Source: a virus
Lineage: Duplodnaviria; Caudoviricetes
Length of the DNA: 64,000 nt
Virus record (IMG/VR): IMGVR_UViG_2862178590_000001
Coordinates: 1 to 64,000 of that record
Reading direction: 5' to 3' (one strand)
Each line of letters starts with the position of its first letter. Position 1 is the first letter of the stretch. This document shows, one piece after another, positions 1 to 8,829 of this stretch. A model generated the notes under the pieces. The model was given only the letters and a program-made list of their open reading frames with translations. It was not told the DNA's origin and searched no databases. The translations under genes were made by a program, and so were the position numbers.

Positions 1-924
1 TCAGAAATCACCGTAGTTGACCTGCCAGGTGGGCAGGCCCATGCGGCGCCACACCGCGACGACCCGGTCGCGGTCGTCCAGGCTCACGCGGACGTTGAAC
101 CGGTGGCGCACATGCGCGTCGAAGAGTTCGGCCTTCACCAGGTCGTCCCGCCGCCCGTCGCCGGCCGGCCGCATCCACAGCTCGTCGTACGGCACGTCGT
201 GCGCGGCGAGCCACGCCTGCGTCTGCGGCCGGAACTCCTCGCCCCGCCCCGAGAGCAGCACGATCGTGTCGCCGTGCGCCTGCCGGAAGCCGGTCAGCGC
301 GTCGCGCACACAGCCGTTGAGGCCGTCCTGCTCGCAGCGGGCGAAGTCGTACGGGTTGCGGTTCAGGTTCATCGCGAGCGTGCCGTCGATGTCGCACATC
401 ACCGCGCTGGGCAGCGCCGCGTCCGGCGTGTAGGGCTCGACCTCGGCCAGCACGACGGTGTCGTTCATCCAGGCGTCGGTGAGCCGCCAGCCGCCCCGTA
501 CCGCCTTGGCGTGCTTGTCGGCGAGCAGGCGGATGATGTCCTCGCCGACCGGGACGGCGCGGGCCGCGTCGCGGCGCAGGCACTCCTCGACGGGCACCCC
601 GGTGAAGTCGTGCACGACGAAGCGGGCCCGGCCCGCCACCGCGGCCTTGAGGCGCTTGGGGATGTGCGGGGTCAGATGGGTGTTGTCGACGACGACGTCG
701 AACCCCGCGGCCAGCGTCTCGCGCACCGCCGCGTCCTGGATGGCGAGGACGGACTGCTCGGCGGTGTGCGAGCGGTCGGGTCCCGCGCCCGCGGGGTTGA
801 GCATGGCGCGCAGGTCGTCGAGGTTGACGCGGCGGCACTGGCCGCCGGAGTCCGCGACGAGTTCGCGGGCGGCTGTGGTCTTGCCGGAGGCGGGCAGTCC
901 GGTCATGACGTGCACGGTGGGCAT
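1..924 (-). CDS. Polynucleotide kinase-3' phosphatase (T4 PseT/Pnkp-like: P-loop kinase + HAD)
   Basis: GLPASGKT Walker A, DxxR (NLDDLR), HAD motif DIDGT, C-terminal DDR..V..WR. Start reset to ATG at 924 (MPTVHVMTG); the N-terminus of ORF 1..2166 is a shadow frame. Confidence 0.92.
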   Translation of the reverse strand: MPTVHVMTGLPASGKTTAARELVADSGGQCRRVNLDDLRAMLNPAGAGPDRSHTAEQSVLAIQDAAVRETLAAGFDVVVDNTHLTPHIPKRLKAAVAGRARFVVHDFTGVPVEECLRRDAARAVPVGEDIIRLLADKHAKAVRGGWRLTDAWMNDTVVLAEVEPYTPDAALPSAVMCDIDGTLAMNLNRNPYDFARCEQDGLNGCVRDALTGFRQAHGDTIVLLSGRGEEFRPQTQAWLAAHDVPYDELWMRPAGDGRRDDLVKAELFDAHVRHRFNVRVSLDDRDRVVAVWRRMGLPTWQVNYGDF

Positions 925-932
925 GGAGCGGT

Positions 933-2138
933 TCAGCTTTCGTCGTCGTTCGTGAAGGGGTCGGCGGCCGCCGGTTTGACGGACCGCCAGATCATGAGGT
1001 CGATGCCCCGGCCGTCGAGCAGCTGGAACACGGCCGCGCGGACGGTACGGTCCTCGATTCGCTGGGCGGCGCGGGCGAACGCGCCCCGGTCCTGGGCGAG
1101 CCGGGAGACCTCGGCGAACCGCTCGGCGGCGAGTCGGGACAGTTCGCCGGCCTGTCCGTCCAGCCGCGCCGTCACGGCCCGCACCCAGGCGTCGAACTCG
1201 TCGGGGACCTGCTGGAGCATGGCCTCCAGCGGGTCGGCGCCGTCGGCGGTGAGTTCCGCGATCTCGCCGGGGGCGCAACCCAGCGCCTGGGCGACCCGCT
1301 TGGGGTCCTCGCCGCCGAACCGGCGGATGCCGAGGTAGCGCCAGATGTCGCGTTCGGTGATGCCGGTCAGCACCTTGTGCAGCCGTACGTACTCGCTGAT
1401 CTTCGCCTTGACGCGCAGGCCCGAGGCGTACCGGATGACATAGCCCTCGGCGTCCGTGCCGGTGGCCTCGCCGCCGTCGGCCCAGACGTTCGCCTCGGCG
1501 CGCGCGAGGAGTTCGGCGAGCGGCAGCGCGGGCCAGGACCGGGCCACCGAGCCGACCGGCGCCCAGTCCTCGGCGGCGCGCGAAAGCCCGATCTCCTCGC
1601 CCGTCGCGTCGTACGCGGCGAGCAGCACGAGGTCGCGCCGGCCGCCGTAGTCCACGACGATCCGGTTCTCGGGGTAGAGGATCTCCACGAGGTAGGTGAC
1701 GCCGGGCCGCAGGGTCGCCGTGTCCCGTCCGTCGAGCCAGGCACCGGCCCAGGCGGCCTGTTCGGAGGTGAACGAGCCGCGGGAGGCGACCCGCCACCGG
1801 CCCTCGTAGTGGAAGACGATGCCGAGCGAGCCGTCGACCTTGTCGTACACCTCGAACGGCTCGTCGGGCAGCGGCGGCGCGTAGGGGCGGCCGTGGGTGT
1901 GCTCGCCGACGTTGAAGAACTTGGGCAGGCAGTGCGCCACGATCGTCCCGGTCGCGTCGTCGACCACGAGTCCGCGACAGCGGGTGGTCACCTCGTCCCA
2001 CGCCTGCTCGTACTGGCAGGCCCTCGTGTAGGAGAGGATGGAGAGCGGCAGTGCGGGGTGCGCCTTGCGGACGACGTGGCCGGCGTCGATGGCGGCGGCC
2101 AGGCCTGCGGGCGGGATGAGGCGGTCGAGGTCGATCAC
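933..2138 (-). CDS. T4 Rnl1-family RNA ligase
   Basis: Motif I KVDGS, CRGLVVD, KFFNVGE, EGYV, RVKAK; directly upstream of Pnkp. Confidence 0.9.
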   Translation of the reverse strand: MIDLDRLIPPAGLAAAIDAGHVVRKAHPALPLSILSYTRACQYEQAWDEVTTRCRGLVVDDATGTIVAHCLPKFFNVGEHTHGRPYAPPLPDEPFEVYDKVDGSLGIVFHYEGRWRVASRGSFTSEQAAWAGAWLDGRDTATLRPGVTYLVEILYPENRIVVDYGGRRDLVLLAAYDATGEEIGLSRAAEDWAPVGSVARSWPALPLAELLARAEANVWADGGEATGTDAEGYVIRYASGLRVKAKISEYVRLHKVLTGITERDIWRYLGIRRFGGEDPKRVAQALGCAPGEIAELTADGADPLEAMLQQVPDEFDAWVRAVTARLDGQAGELSRLAAERFAEVSRLAQDRGAFARAAQRIEDRTVRAAVFQLLDGRGIDLMIWRSVKPAAADPFTNDDES

Positions 2139-2217
2139 TGCTTGCTCCTGGAAAGGGTGCTGTCACCTGCAGCTTGACCGATCCCGACCGCGGGGGCGAG
2201 GTATTTTCGATCAGCGC

Positions 2218-2490
2218 TCAGGCGGCGAGCGGCACGCTGGGCGCGATGAAGTAGCCGTCCCGGTCGTACCAGCGGATCTCGGTGACGCGGACTTCGCGGA
2301 CACCGGTGCGCTGGAAGATGGGGTCCATGAGCGCGGCCCCTTCCGGTGCGTCGGCCGGCTCCCACCGCAGGATGGTGACGGTGGGGTTCACCGGGCTGGG
2401 CCGCCGGGCGACCTCGCGGCCGGGCAGCGGGTTCCCCGCCGTGTCCAGGTCGTGCAGGAGAGCGGTGGCGACGTGCAGTTCGACGGTCAT
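2218..2490 (-). CDS. Hypothetical protein, 90 aa
   Basis: Normal composition, same strand as neighbouring genes. Confidence 0.6.
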   Translation of the reverse strand: MTVELHVATALLHDLDTAGNPLPGREVARRPSPVNPTVTILRWEPADAPEGAALMDPIFQRTGVREVRVTEIRWYDRDGYFIAPSVPLAA

Positions 2491-2582
2491 GGCGGTCTCC
2501 GGGGCCGGGCTGCTCCCGCCCGGGTGAGGGCCGGGCGGGTCCGCAGGCGTGTATCTGCTGAGGGTCGCAGACCCTGAGGTGA

Positions 2583-2607
2583 ACGCCTCAAGGCACCCTT
2601 GAGGCGT
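2583..2607. terminator. Perfect 11-bp hairpin
   Basis: ACGCCTCAAGG-CAC-CCTTGAGGCGT downstream of the permease 3' end. Confidence 0.5.
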
Positions 2608-2690
2608 GCTGGAGCCGGGATCGATGTCCGCTCGCGGCCACGCCGAACTCCGGCTGGATTCCGCCTTTCTGACGTTTCGTCAGCCGTACG

Positions 2691-2831
2691 TCACCCCTTG
2701 CTGGAGCCCAGTGTGAGGCCCGCGATGAAGTGCCGTTGCAGCAGCAGGAAGACGACCAGGGTGGGGAGGGCGACGATCACCGAGCCCGCCGCCAGCAGGT
2801 TGTAGTCCGTGAAGAACTGCCCGCGCAGGTT
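2691..2831 (-). pseudogene. Orphan 3' end (46 aa) of a carbohydrate ABC transporter permease; probable prophage attachment junction
   Basis: NLRGQFFTDYNLLAAGSVIVALPTLVVFLLLQRHFIAGLTLGSSKG* is a typical MalG-type C-terminus; upstream in-frame sequence is not permease-like. Confidence 0.8.
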
Positions 2832-3009
2832 GTGCCACCAGCGGATTCGGTCCCCGGAGACCCCAGCAAGGCCCTGAACTGCTGGTATTGACCTCCCCTG
2901 ACTTGCCGCGGGTGACCCTGAGTGAGGCTTTGGGGGCTCCCTGGATGCTCCCCAGCCGCCGCTCGCTCCCCAGATTCTCCCCAGCGTGAGCGCCAGACAG
3001 GCACCCTGT

Positions 3010-3261
3010 TCAGCGCTTTCGCCCTCGCAGGGGATGGGCGACGTGCCCCGCTTCGTAGGGTACGCCGGCCTTCTCGGCCGCGCGGCGCCGGACGCCTTCC
3101 ATCTCAACTACGCAGTCGCGGCAGGCGCGGACTTCCAGTGCGCCGTCGTTTCGCGGGTGAAGCGTCGACACGGGTGTCGTGTCGACCTCTCCGCGGGAGG
3201 GGTGCCGGAAGCACAGTCCGGGGGTCCACTCGTAGAGCGAGAGGATCTCGCGGCTGTCCAT
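3010..3261 (-). CDS. Hypothetical protein (C-x2-H, C-x2-C)
   Basis: MDSREILSLYEW...LCFRHP...RACRDC; divergent from an XRE gene; start reset to 3261. Confidence 0.65.
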   Translation of the reverse strand: MDSREILSLYEWTPGLCFRHPSRGEVDTTPVSTLHPRNDGALEVRACRDCVVEMEGVRRRAAEKAGVPYEAGHVAHPLRGRKR

Positions 3262-3361
3262 GGAAGATCTCCTACTTCCCGCCCGTGCGATGGCATACAT
3301 GGCCTCTCCTGTGCTCTTTCCCCAACGACACACGCAGGCTGGGCCTCGTTCACACGATTAG

Positions 3362-3377
3362 GTGAACTTACGTTCGA
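3362..3377 (-). promoter_or_regulatory. Degenerate LexA-box-like site
   Basis: TCGAAC-GTAA-GTTCAC on the - strand vs actinobacterial TCGAAC-N4-GTTCGA. Confidence 0.35.
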
Positions 3378-3534
3378 TTGCGGACATTAGACCTAGCCCG
3401 ACGGCATATGCCAGCGGGACACAGGACCGTTCAGTGCAGGGTGCCGCCGGGGCGTCTACCGGACTAACTTCAAGATCATTAAATGCCTCAAAGTAGCTGC
3501 TGACTTATGATCATGATCGGCAGAGCGTTTTGGG

Positions 3535-3765
3535 GTGCCAGCCGACCAGCCTCAGTGGATCCTCGACGCCCGTCGAGCCGTCGGCCTACGCGTTCGCGAC
3601 GCCCGCGTCTGGCGCGACATGACCCAGGAGGAGCTAGCCCACGAAGCCGGGATTGACCGGTCGTCGGTCCAGCGCATCGAGCTCGGCCAGAATGACCCGA
3701 GGCTCACTCACCTGCTGCGGATCGCCAGCGCTCTTCACGTCCACGTGCGGGACCTCCTCGGCTAG
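3535..3765 (+). CDS. XRE-family HTH regulator
   Basis: MTQEELAHEAGIDRSSVQRIELGQNDPRL HTH_3 signature. Confidence 0.88.
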   Translation: MPADQPQWILDARRAVGLRVRDARVWRDMTQEELAHEAGIDRSSVQRIELGQNDPRLTHLLRIASALHVHVRDLLG

Positions 3766-4003
3766 GCGGCCACGCTGGGGGCTGGGCCGGAGTTACGTGA
3801 TTGAACCACCGCTTCCGACTGGCGGAAACGGATATGCGCACCTTCGGTGCAACTTGCGGCGACTCAGGAGCGTAGCCCCCGAGCATCCTTACATCGGACA
3901 CCACCTTGCCCCGCATATGCCAGCAGCGGAAGGGTGCGCGCGCATATATGCACAACTCGCGGGCGCGCTCCGTACACACGGGGTGCGATCCGATGACCAA
4001 CCG

Positions 4004-4171
4004 TCAATCTGTGGCCTGAGCTGCGGCGACTGCCCTGCGCCGGTTCGGCCAGCGTTCACCCGTCGCCCAGTTGGAGTGATCCCCGGAATGCCCCGGCTCG
4101 TCCAGACAGTGGGTACCTGTGCGCGGGTGCCGGTCCCAGCAGTGCCCCGGCATGCGGGGCGGCTCGCTCAC
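4004..4171 (-). CDS. Small Cys/His-rich protein
   Basis: GTG overlaps the upstream stop; HCWDRHP..THCLDEPGHSGDH. Confidence 0.5.
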   Translation of the reverse strand: MSEPPRMPGHCWDRHPRTGTHCLDEPGHSGDHSNWATGERWPNRRRAVAAAQATD

Positions 4172-4374
4172 GCCCACGGGAAGGCCATCACCACCGACGG
4201 CTCGTCGGTGACGTGGTACAGCGGCTTGATTCCGTGGTCGGCGGCGCAAGCGGCGTGCGCGAACACGGGCCGCGGCGGCCCGCTCGTTATGGCGGCCAGC
4301 CGGATACAGCAATCGGCCCCGGGCTGGGGGCAGTAGAAGCACGCCCGCGGGGCTTCGCCGCTTGTCTCGGTCAT
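4168..4374 (-). CDS. Small Cys-rich hypothetical protein
   Basis: CFYC..CC..HAAC pattern. Confidence 0.55.
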   Translation of the reverse strand: MTETSGEAPRACFYCPQPGADCCIRLAAITSGPPRPVFAHAACAADHGIKPLYHVTDEPSVVMAFPWA

Positions 4375-4467
4375 GTCGGGTCCCGCCCATCATCGTGATC
4401 AGGTACGGGACCAGCGTGGCGAACACGGGCGGGCTGAATGCTCACAGTTTTGTGAGCGTGTGAGTGT

Positions 4468-5652
4468 TCAGAGGCCGATCCAGGCGGCCATGTGGCCGAG
4501 CGTGTCGGGGGTGCGGCGGTTGAGGTGGACGAGGCCCTTGATGGTCTCCCTCGCGCCAGGGTGGTAGCGGGTCTGCTCCGGGGCCGCGGAGCGGGCTTCC
4601 AGGAGGGACTTGAGCGCGGCGTCGGTCCGGCCGACTTCCATCTCGGCCCTGCCGCGGTCGACGTAGAAGTGGGCGCGCCGGCTGACGGCGAGCGACGGCG
4701 GCAGCTTGATCTTCTTCGCCTGTTTGACTGCCTCGTCGTAGTGGCGCATTTCGACGGCGGCCGACATGCGGTGCAGGGCGACGTTGGTCGGCCCGAACGA
4801 CAGCCAGTGAATCTCTGAGGCGTCGCCGGTCCGCTTCGCGTAGGACACGGCCTCGTCGAGGTGGGCTTCCACGGCGGCGCCGTCTTCCGCACGGGCAGCG
4901 ATGACGGTGGCGCCGAGGTGGAGCTGGCCGGTCACGGCGAGGGATTCGCGCGTGGTGCCGGTCTGGGCGAGATGGCTGTGCCCTGCCGCGATCAGGCGCT
5001 GGCCGATGCGGTACTCGCCCTCGCGGAAATAGACGAGGGCGCGCATGTACTGGCGGACGGCACCGAGGCAGGGGTCCGAGGCGCGTTGGGCTGCCCAGTC
5101 CATGCGGTCCAGGGCTACGGCACTCAGGTCGTAGTAGCCGAGCTTGACGGTGATGTCGTGGGCGGTGCGGTACGTCGAGGCGAGGGCCTGCCACAGCTCT
5201 GTCGTGGGGGTGCGCCAGGCCGCCGTGGTGAGCTCGGAGATTGCGTCGGGCAGGGCGCGGGCGGCTTTCCCGAGATGGGTGGCCCGGACCTGGGCGCACA
5301 GATCGTCAGCGAGGTCGACAAGCTGAGCGACGGGTCTTGTCGTGGCTACGGGGTCGGCGCCGAGGTCGTACAGGTCGAGGGCTTCGCGGATGGGGCGGAC
5401 GAGCGCGGCCAAGCGGTCCTGCTGGAGCTCCGTCATGTAGGGCTGTCCTGTCAGCACTGTCACGTCGATGCGGAGGGCGCGTGCGACAGCCGCAGTGAAA
5501 TCAACGGTGGCCACGCGGGCGCCGCACTCGATCTGGTTGAGGAGGCTGTAGGAGTAGGGGATGATCTCGGCGAGTTGGCGTTGGGTGAGGTGGGCGAGCC
5601 GCCTCTGTTCTTTGATGCGCGCGCCGGTGTGGTCGTCGCCCAGTCTCGGCAT
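4468..5652 (-). CDS. XRE HTH regulator with TPR-like C-terminal domain
   Basis: RIKEQRRLAHLTQRQLA...LNQIECG N-terminal HTH followed by helical repeats; start reset to ATG 5652. Confidence 0.88.
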   Translation of the reverse strand: MPRLGDDHTGARIKEQRRLAHLTQRQLAEIIPYSYSLLNQIECGARVATVDFTAAVARALRIDVTVLTGQPYMTELQQDRLAALVRPIREALDLYDLGADPVATTRPVAQLVDLADDLCAQVRATHLGKAARALPDAISELTTAAWRTPTTELWQALASTYRTAHDITVKLGYYDLSAVALDRMDWAAQRASDPCLGAVRQYMRALVYFREGEYRIGQRLIAAGHSHLAQTGTTRESLAVTGQLHLGATVIAARAEDGAAVEAHLDEAVSYAKRTGDASEIHWLSFGPTNVALHRMSAAVEMRHYDEAVKQAKKIKLPPSLAVSRRAHFYVDRGRAEMEVGRTDAALKSLLEARSAAPEQTRYHPGARETIKGLVHLNRRTPDTLGHMAAWIGL

Positions 5653-5768
5653 AATGGCTCCGTTCCTTGCTCGCACTCGGAACGGTACTCGCGCTGTCCG
5701 GCGCGGGTGAACGCTCCGCCCCCGACTGCCTTCAGTTCGGGGGCGGTTGCGTGTGATCAACTGGGGGC

Positions 5769-6317
5769 ATGACTTCGCGGACCGTGTATCTGTTCTGTTC
5801 GGCGGCCCCTCCTGTTTTCGAGGTCGCCACGGTGATCGAGGCGCTGCAGGCGCGAGGCTGGGATGTCTGTCTCGGCTTGACGCCGACCGCGGCGTCGTGG
5901 CTGGAGGAGTCCCTGTCGGGGCTGGCCACACTGACGGGGCATCCGGTGCGCTCGGAGTACAAGCGGCCCGGGGAGCCGGATGTGTGGCCCCCGGCGGATG
6001 TGATCCTGTTCGCGCCGGCCACCTTCAACAGCGTCAATGCGTGGGCGCTCGGGCTGACTTCCAGCTTCGTCGTCGGCGTCGTCGCGGAGGGCATCGGAAA
6101 GGGCATCCCGACAGCGGTGATGCCGTGCGTGAACGCCGCCTACGCGCAGCACCGGGCTTTCGAGCGGAGCGTCACCGAGCTGCGGGGCATGGGCGTGACG
6201 GTGTTGTACGGCGAGGGCGGCTTCGTGCCGAACCAGCCGGGAGAGAGCCGCCCGGGCGGCTATCCGTGGGCGATCGCTCTTGACGCGGCCGACGCTCTTG
6301 TCCGACCCCGGGAGTAG
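5769..6317 (+). CDS. HFCD-family flavoprotein (PF02441-like)
   Basis: ADVILFAPATFNSVNAWALG and MPCVNAAY (PxMN-like); divergent from XRE-TPR. Confidence 0.85.
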   Translation: MTSRTVYLFCSAAPPVFEVATVIEALQARGWDVCLGLTPTAASWLEESLSGLATLTGHPVRSEYKRPGEPDVWPPADVILFAPATFNSVNAWALGLTSSFVVGVVAEGIGKGIPTAVMPCVNAAYAQHRAFERSVTELRGMGVTVLYGEGGFVPNQPGESRPGGYPWAIALDAADALVRPRE

Positions 6318-6326
6318 CCTTGATCC

Positions 6327-6527
6327 ATGCCTCCCACTCCCCCGCCTGACGGCACCGTGCGCTCGTGGCCGCGTCCGGCCGCGGTGGTGAACCAGGAGAT
6401 CCGTGCCCTGTGGCCGGAGGGTGCGCGGGGTCCGGTTGATGAGGACCGGTACCGGTCGCTGCTGGTGGAGTGGGCTGCGGCGCATCGCGGCGAGGCGGCG
6501 CAGGCCGATGTCAGACCCGCGGCTTAA
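6327..6527 (+). CDS. Hypothetical protein
   Basis: RPAAVVNQEIRALW...YRSLLVEW pattern, recalled as common in Streptomyces prophages. Confidence 0.6.
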   Translation: MPPTPPPDGTVRSWPRPAAVVNQEIRALWPEGARGPVDEDRYRSLLVEWAAAHRGEAAQADVRPAA

Positions 6528-6538
6528 GATCCCGGCTC

Positions 6539-6775
6539 GTGGCTATCGAACTCTCTGATGAACTGATTGAGCTTGAGCGTGCATCTGTGGCTGAGCAGCT
6601 GAAGGCTGAGGCGAGGCCGCATTCGGCGGAGGCGTGGGCGCCGTGGCTGGATGCGGCCGCGAGGGTGCAGGCCGCGATCACCGCGCATGCGGAGGCGACC
6701 GGGCAGAACCGTTTCGACGTGGAGGCGGAGCTCAAGCGGGTTGTGCGGCATCCGGAGGAGCCCGACGAGGGCTGA
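6539..6775 (+). CDS. Hypothetical protein
   Basis: GTG start (MAIELSDELIELER); helical. Confidence 0.6.
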   Translation: MAIELSDELIELERASVAEQLKAEARPHSAEAWAPWLDAAARVQAAITAHAEATGQNRFDVEAELKRVVRHPEEPDEG

Positions 6776-7144
6776 GCTACAGCGCGGACTGGAACGCGGA
6801 AGCGCCCGGCGTGCTCGCCGAGCTGGCCGTCGTGACGCGGTCGAGGACGGCTGATCCGTGGCCCGCGTGTTGGGCTGCGGCCCGCGCGGCGAGCGACGGG
6901 CGGGGGCCTCCGGCCGGGAGAACAACGGTGCGGCGGGCAGCGGCGGAGACGAGCAGGGTGGTCATAGCGCCATTGTGCACGAACTGGGGCGCTGGGCACG
7001 CCAGTTCAGGCAGCGGGCCCGCCGGTCGCTGTTCCGGCGGGCCCCAGCAGCAATCCCCGGCTTCTTCGTAGCCGATGATGAGCGCCACTGTACGGGCGGC
7101 CACTGACAACGGCGGGTCGAACGCGCAGGACCAGCGGATTAGAC

Positions 7145-7160
7145 TCGAACACATGTCCGG
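7145..7160 (+). promoter_or_regulatory. LexA-box-like site overlapping the -10 (TAGACT) and start codon
   Basis: TCGAAC-ACAT-GTCCGG; TAGACT at 7140-7145; ATG at 7153. Confidence 0.5.
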
Positions 7161-7482
7161 TCAGCCGTCTCGCCTCGTCCAGCTCCAGTTCCTGCGCCGC
7201 TACCTCCTCGGCGAGCTGGAGCGAGTCGAACGCTGGATCGCCACCGAGGAACAGCGCGAGGCTGCCGCACGTCCGACACCCCCGCCCGTGCCGGACTGGG
7301 TCCTCTCCTATCCCCGCGCTGGCGCCACCAGCCGCCCGGACGCGGTCCACGTCGGCGACTGCGGCATGGCCGGGAAACGCACTAAGCCGATCACGCGCGA
7401 CCAGGCGCTGCGTGCGCTGGCCGAGGGCGTCGAGGCGTGTCAGTTCTGCCGCCCCGACAGCGAGCTCGGCTGGCTGGACTAG
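7153..7482 (+). CDS. DUF6233-like protein
   Basis: VHVGDC...ALRALAEGVEACQFCRPDSELG signature. Confidence 0.8.
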   Translation: MSGQPSRLVQLQFLRRYLLGELERVERWIATEEQREAAARPTPPPVPDWVLSYPRAGATSRPDAVHVGDCGMAGKRTKPITRDQALRALAEGVEACQFCRPDSELGWLD

Positions 7483-8405
7483 GCGCTGCGCGGCTTCCGG
7501 CCAGCAGTCTTCTTCGCGGGCGCCTTCTTCGCCGTGGTCTTCTTGGCCGCGGTCTTCTTCGCTGCCGCCTTCTTCGCAGTGCGCTTCTTCGGCAGGTCGT
7601 GCACTGAGGCGTCCTCGGTCGACTCGCCGCGGTTGGCCTTCGCTTTCTCCACGCTGGCATTCAGAGCGGCCATCAGGTCGACAAGCTGCCCGCCCGACTC
7701 CGGTGCCGCCTCCACCGCCTTGGGCTGGCGGTGCTCGGCCTTTGCGGCCAGGAGCTCCTCGACGGCCTCCTGGTAGTGGTCGGTGTAGTCGTCGATGTTG
7801 TCGCGGGCCATCGACTCCAGAAGCTGGATCGCCGCGTCGACCTCGTCGTCGGTCAACTCGACCGGCTTCGGGGTCAGAGTCTCGGGGCTGCGGATCTCAT
7901 CGTCCCAGTGCATCGCATGCAGGACGATCACGTCGTCCTTGACCCTCAGGAGACCCAGGCGCTCCCGGTTGTGCCACGCGAACTTCGCCACCGCCACCTT
8001 CGAGCTGCGCTCCAGCGCCATCCGCAGCAGCTTGTACGGTTTCAACGCAACGGGGCCAGCGGCCTCCAGGTAGTAACCGGCGCCCACGCGGACCGGGTCG
8101 ATGGAGTCGGCCGGGATGAACGCGACGATGTCGATAGCCCTTGCTGTGGGAAGCGGCATCGAGTCAAGCTCCGCATCGGTGACCTGCACGATGGCGTCCT
8201 TGGAAACTTCGTAGCCCTTACCGATGTCCTCCTGGAACAGCTCCTGCCCGTCGATCTCGCACACCTTCTTCGTGCGGACGCGTGCCATGTCTTTCAGGTG
8301 GATCTGGTGGAAGGCGATGTTGTGGCTCTCGGTGGCAGCCACCACGCGGCACGGGATGCTCACGAGCCCGAAACTGATGGCGCCGTTCCAGATGGGGCGG
8401 GGCAT
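7479..8405 (-). CDS. ku: Ku NHEJ end-binding protein
   Basis: MPRPIWNGAISFGLVSIP, GKGYE, DLMAAL..S, basic KKAAAKK tail; start reset to 8405. Confidence 0.95.
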   Translation of the reverse strand: MPRPIWNGAISFGLVSIPCRVVAATESHNIAFHQIHLKDMARVRTKKVCEIDGQELFQEDIGKGYEVSKDAIVQVTDAELDSMPLPTARAIDIVAFIPADSIDPVRVGAGYYLEAAGPVALKPYKLLRMALERSSKVAVAKFAWHNRERLGLLRVKDDVIVLHAMHWDDEIRSPETLTPKPVELTDDEVDAAIQLLESMARDNIDDYTDHYQEAVEELLAAKAEHRQPKAVEAAPESGGQLVDLMAALNASVEKAKANRGESTEDASVHDLPKKRTAKKAAAKKTAAKKTTAKKAPAKKTAGRKPRSA

Positions 8406-8505
8406 TTTTCGCGGCCTCCCAGGACCCCCCTGGTCGGACGTCCAGCCTACGGGCGCCGTCGCTCCTCGGCATGCGGTGCCGGGCCGCCGGGACGACTCTG
8501 GGGTC

Positions 8506-8724
8506 ATGGACCCGACGATCATCGTGCACCGGCCCCGCCCGGCAGGCGGTCGGCACGTCACCGTCCTCGGCCAGGACATCGGCGTCGCCTACTCCGACCG
8601 CGACCTGATCGAGTTCCTGCGCCAGTCCGGCCTCGACGAAACCGACGCCGAAGCCATGGTCGACGGCGACTCCCCCGAGATCGAATGGCGAGGCGGCAGG
8701 CCGCACGACTACGCGGCGGCATAA
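8506..8724 (+). CDS. Hypothetical protein
   Basis: GGRHVTVLGQDIGVAYSDRDLIEFLRQSGL; divergent from ku. Confidence 0.7.
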   Translation: MDPTIIVHRPRPAGGRHVTVLGQDIGVAYSDRDLIEFLRQSGLDETDAEAMVDGDSPEIEWRGGRPHDYAAA

Positions 8725-8731
8725 CGAAGGC

Positions 8732-8751
8732 GCCCACCCCGAAGGGTGGGC
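8732..8751. terminator. Hairpin between convergent genes
   Basis: GCCCACCC-CGAA-GGGTGGGC. Confidence 0.55.
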
Positions 8752-8829
8752 ACAGGGTGCTCATCGCCGCGTTTACCGCCGCTCCAGGACCCCGAAGCCA
8801 GCATGGCAGGGCCGGGCGCCGGCGGGAAG

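Noticed and set aside
925-2166. N-terminal 414 aa of the 721-aa ORF 1..2166
   Set aside because: Arg/Pro-rich off-frame translation over the RNA ligase gene; the real Pnkp starts at 924.
7500-7590. GCCTTCTTC repeats
   Set aside because: They encode the ordinary KKAAAKK basic tail of Ku.
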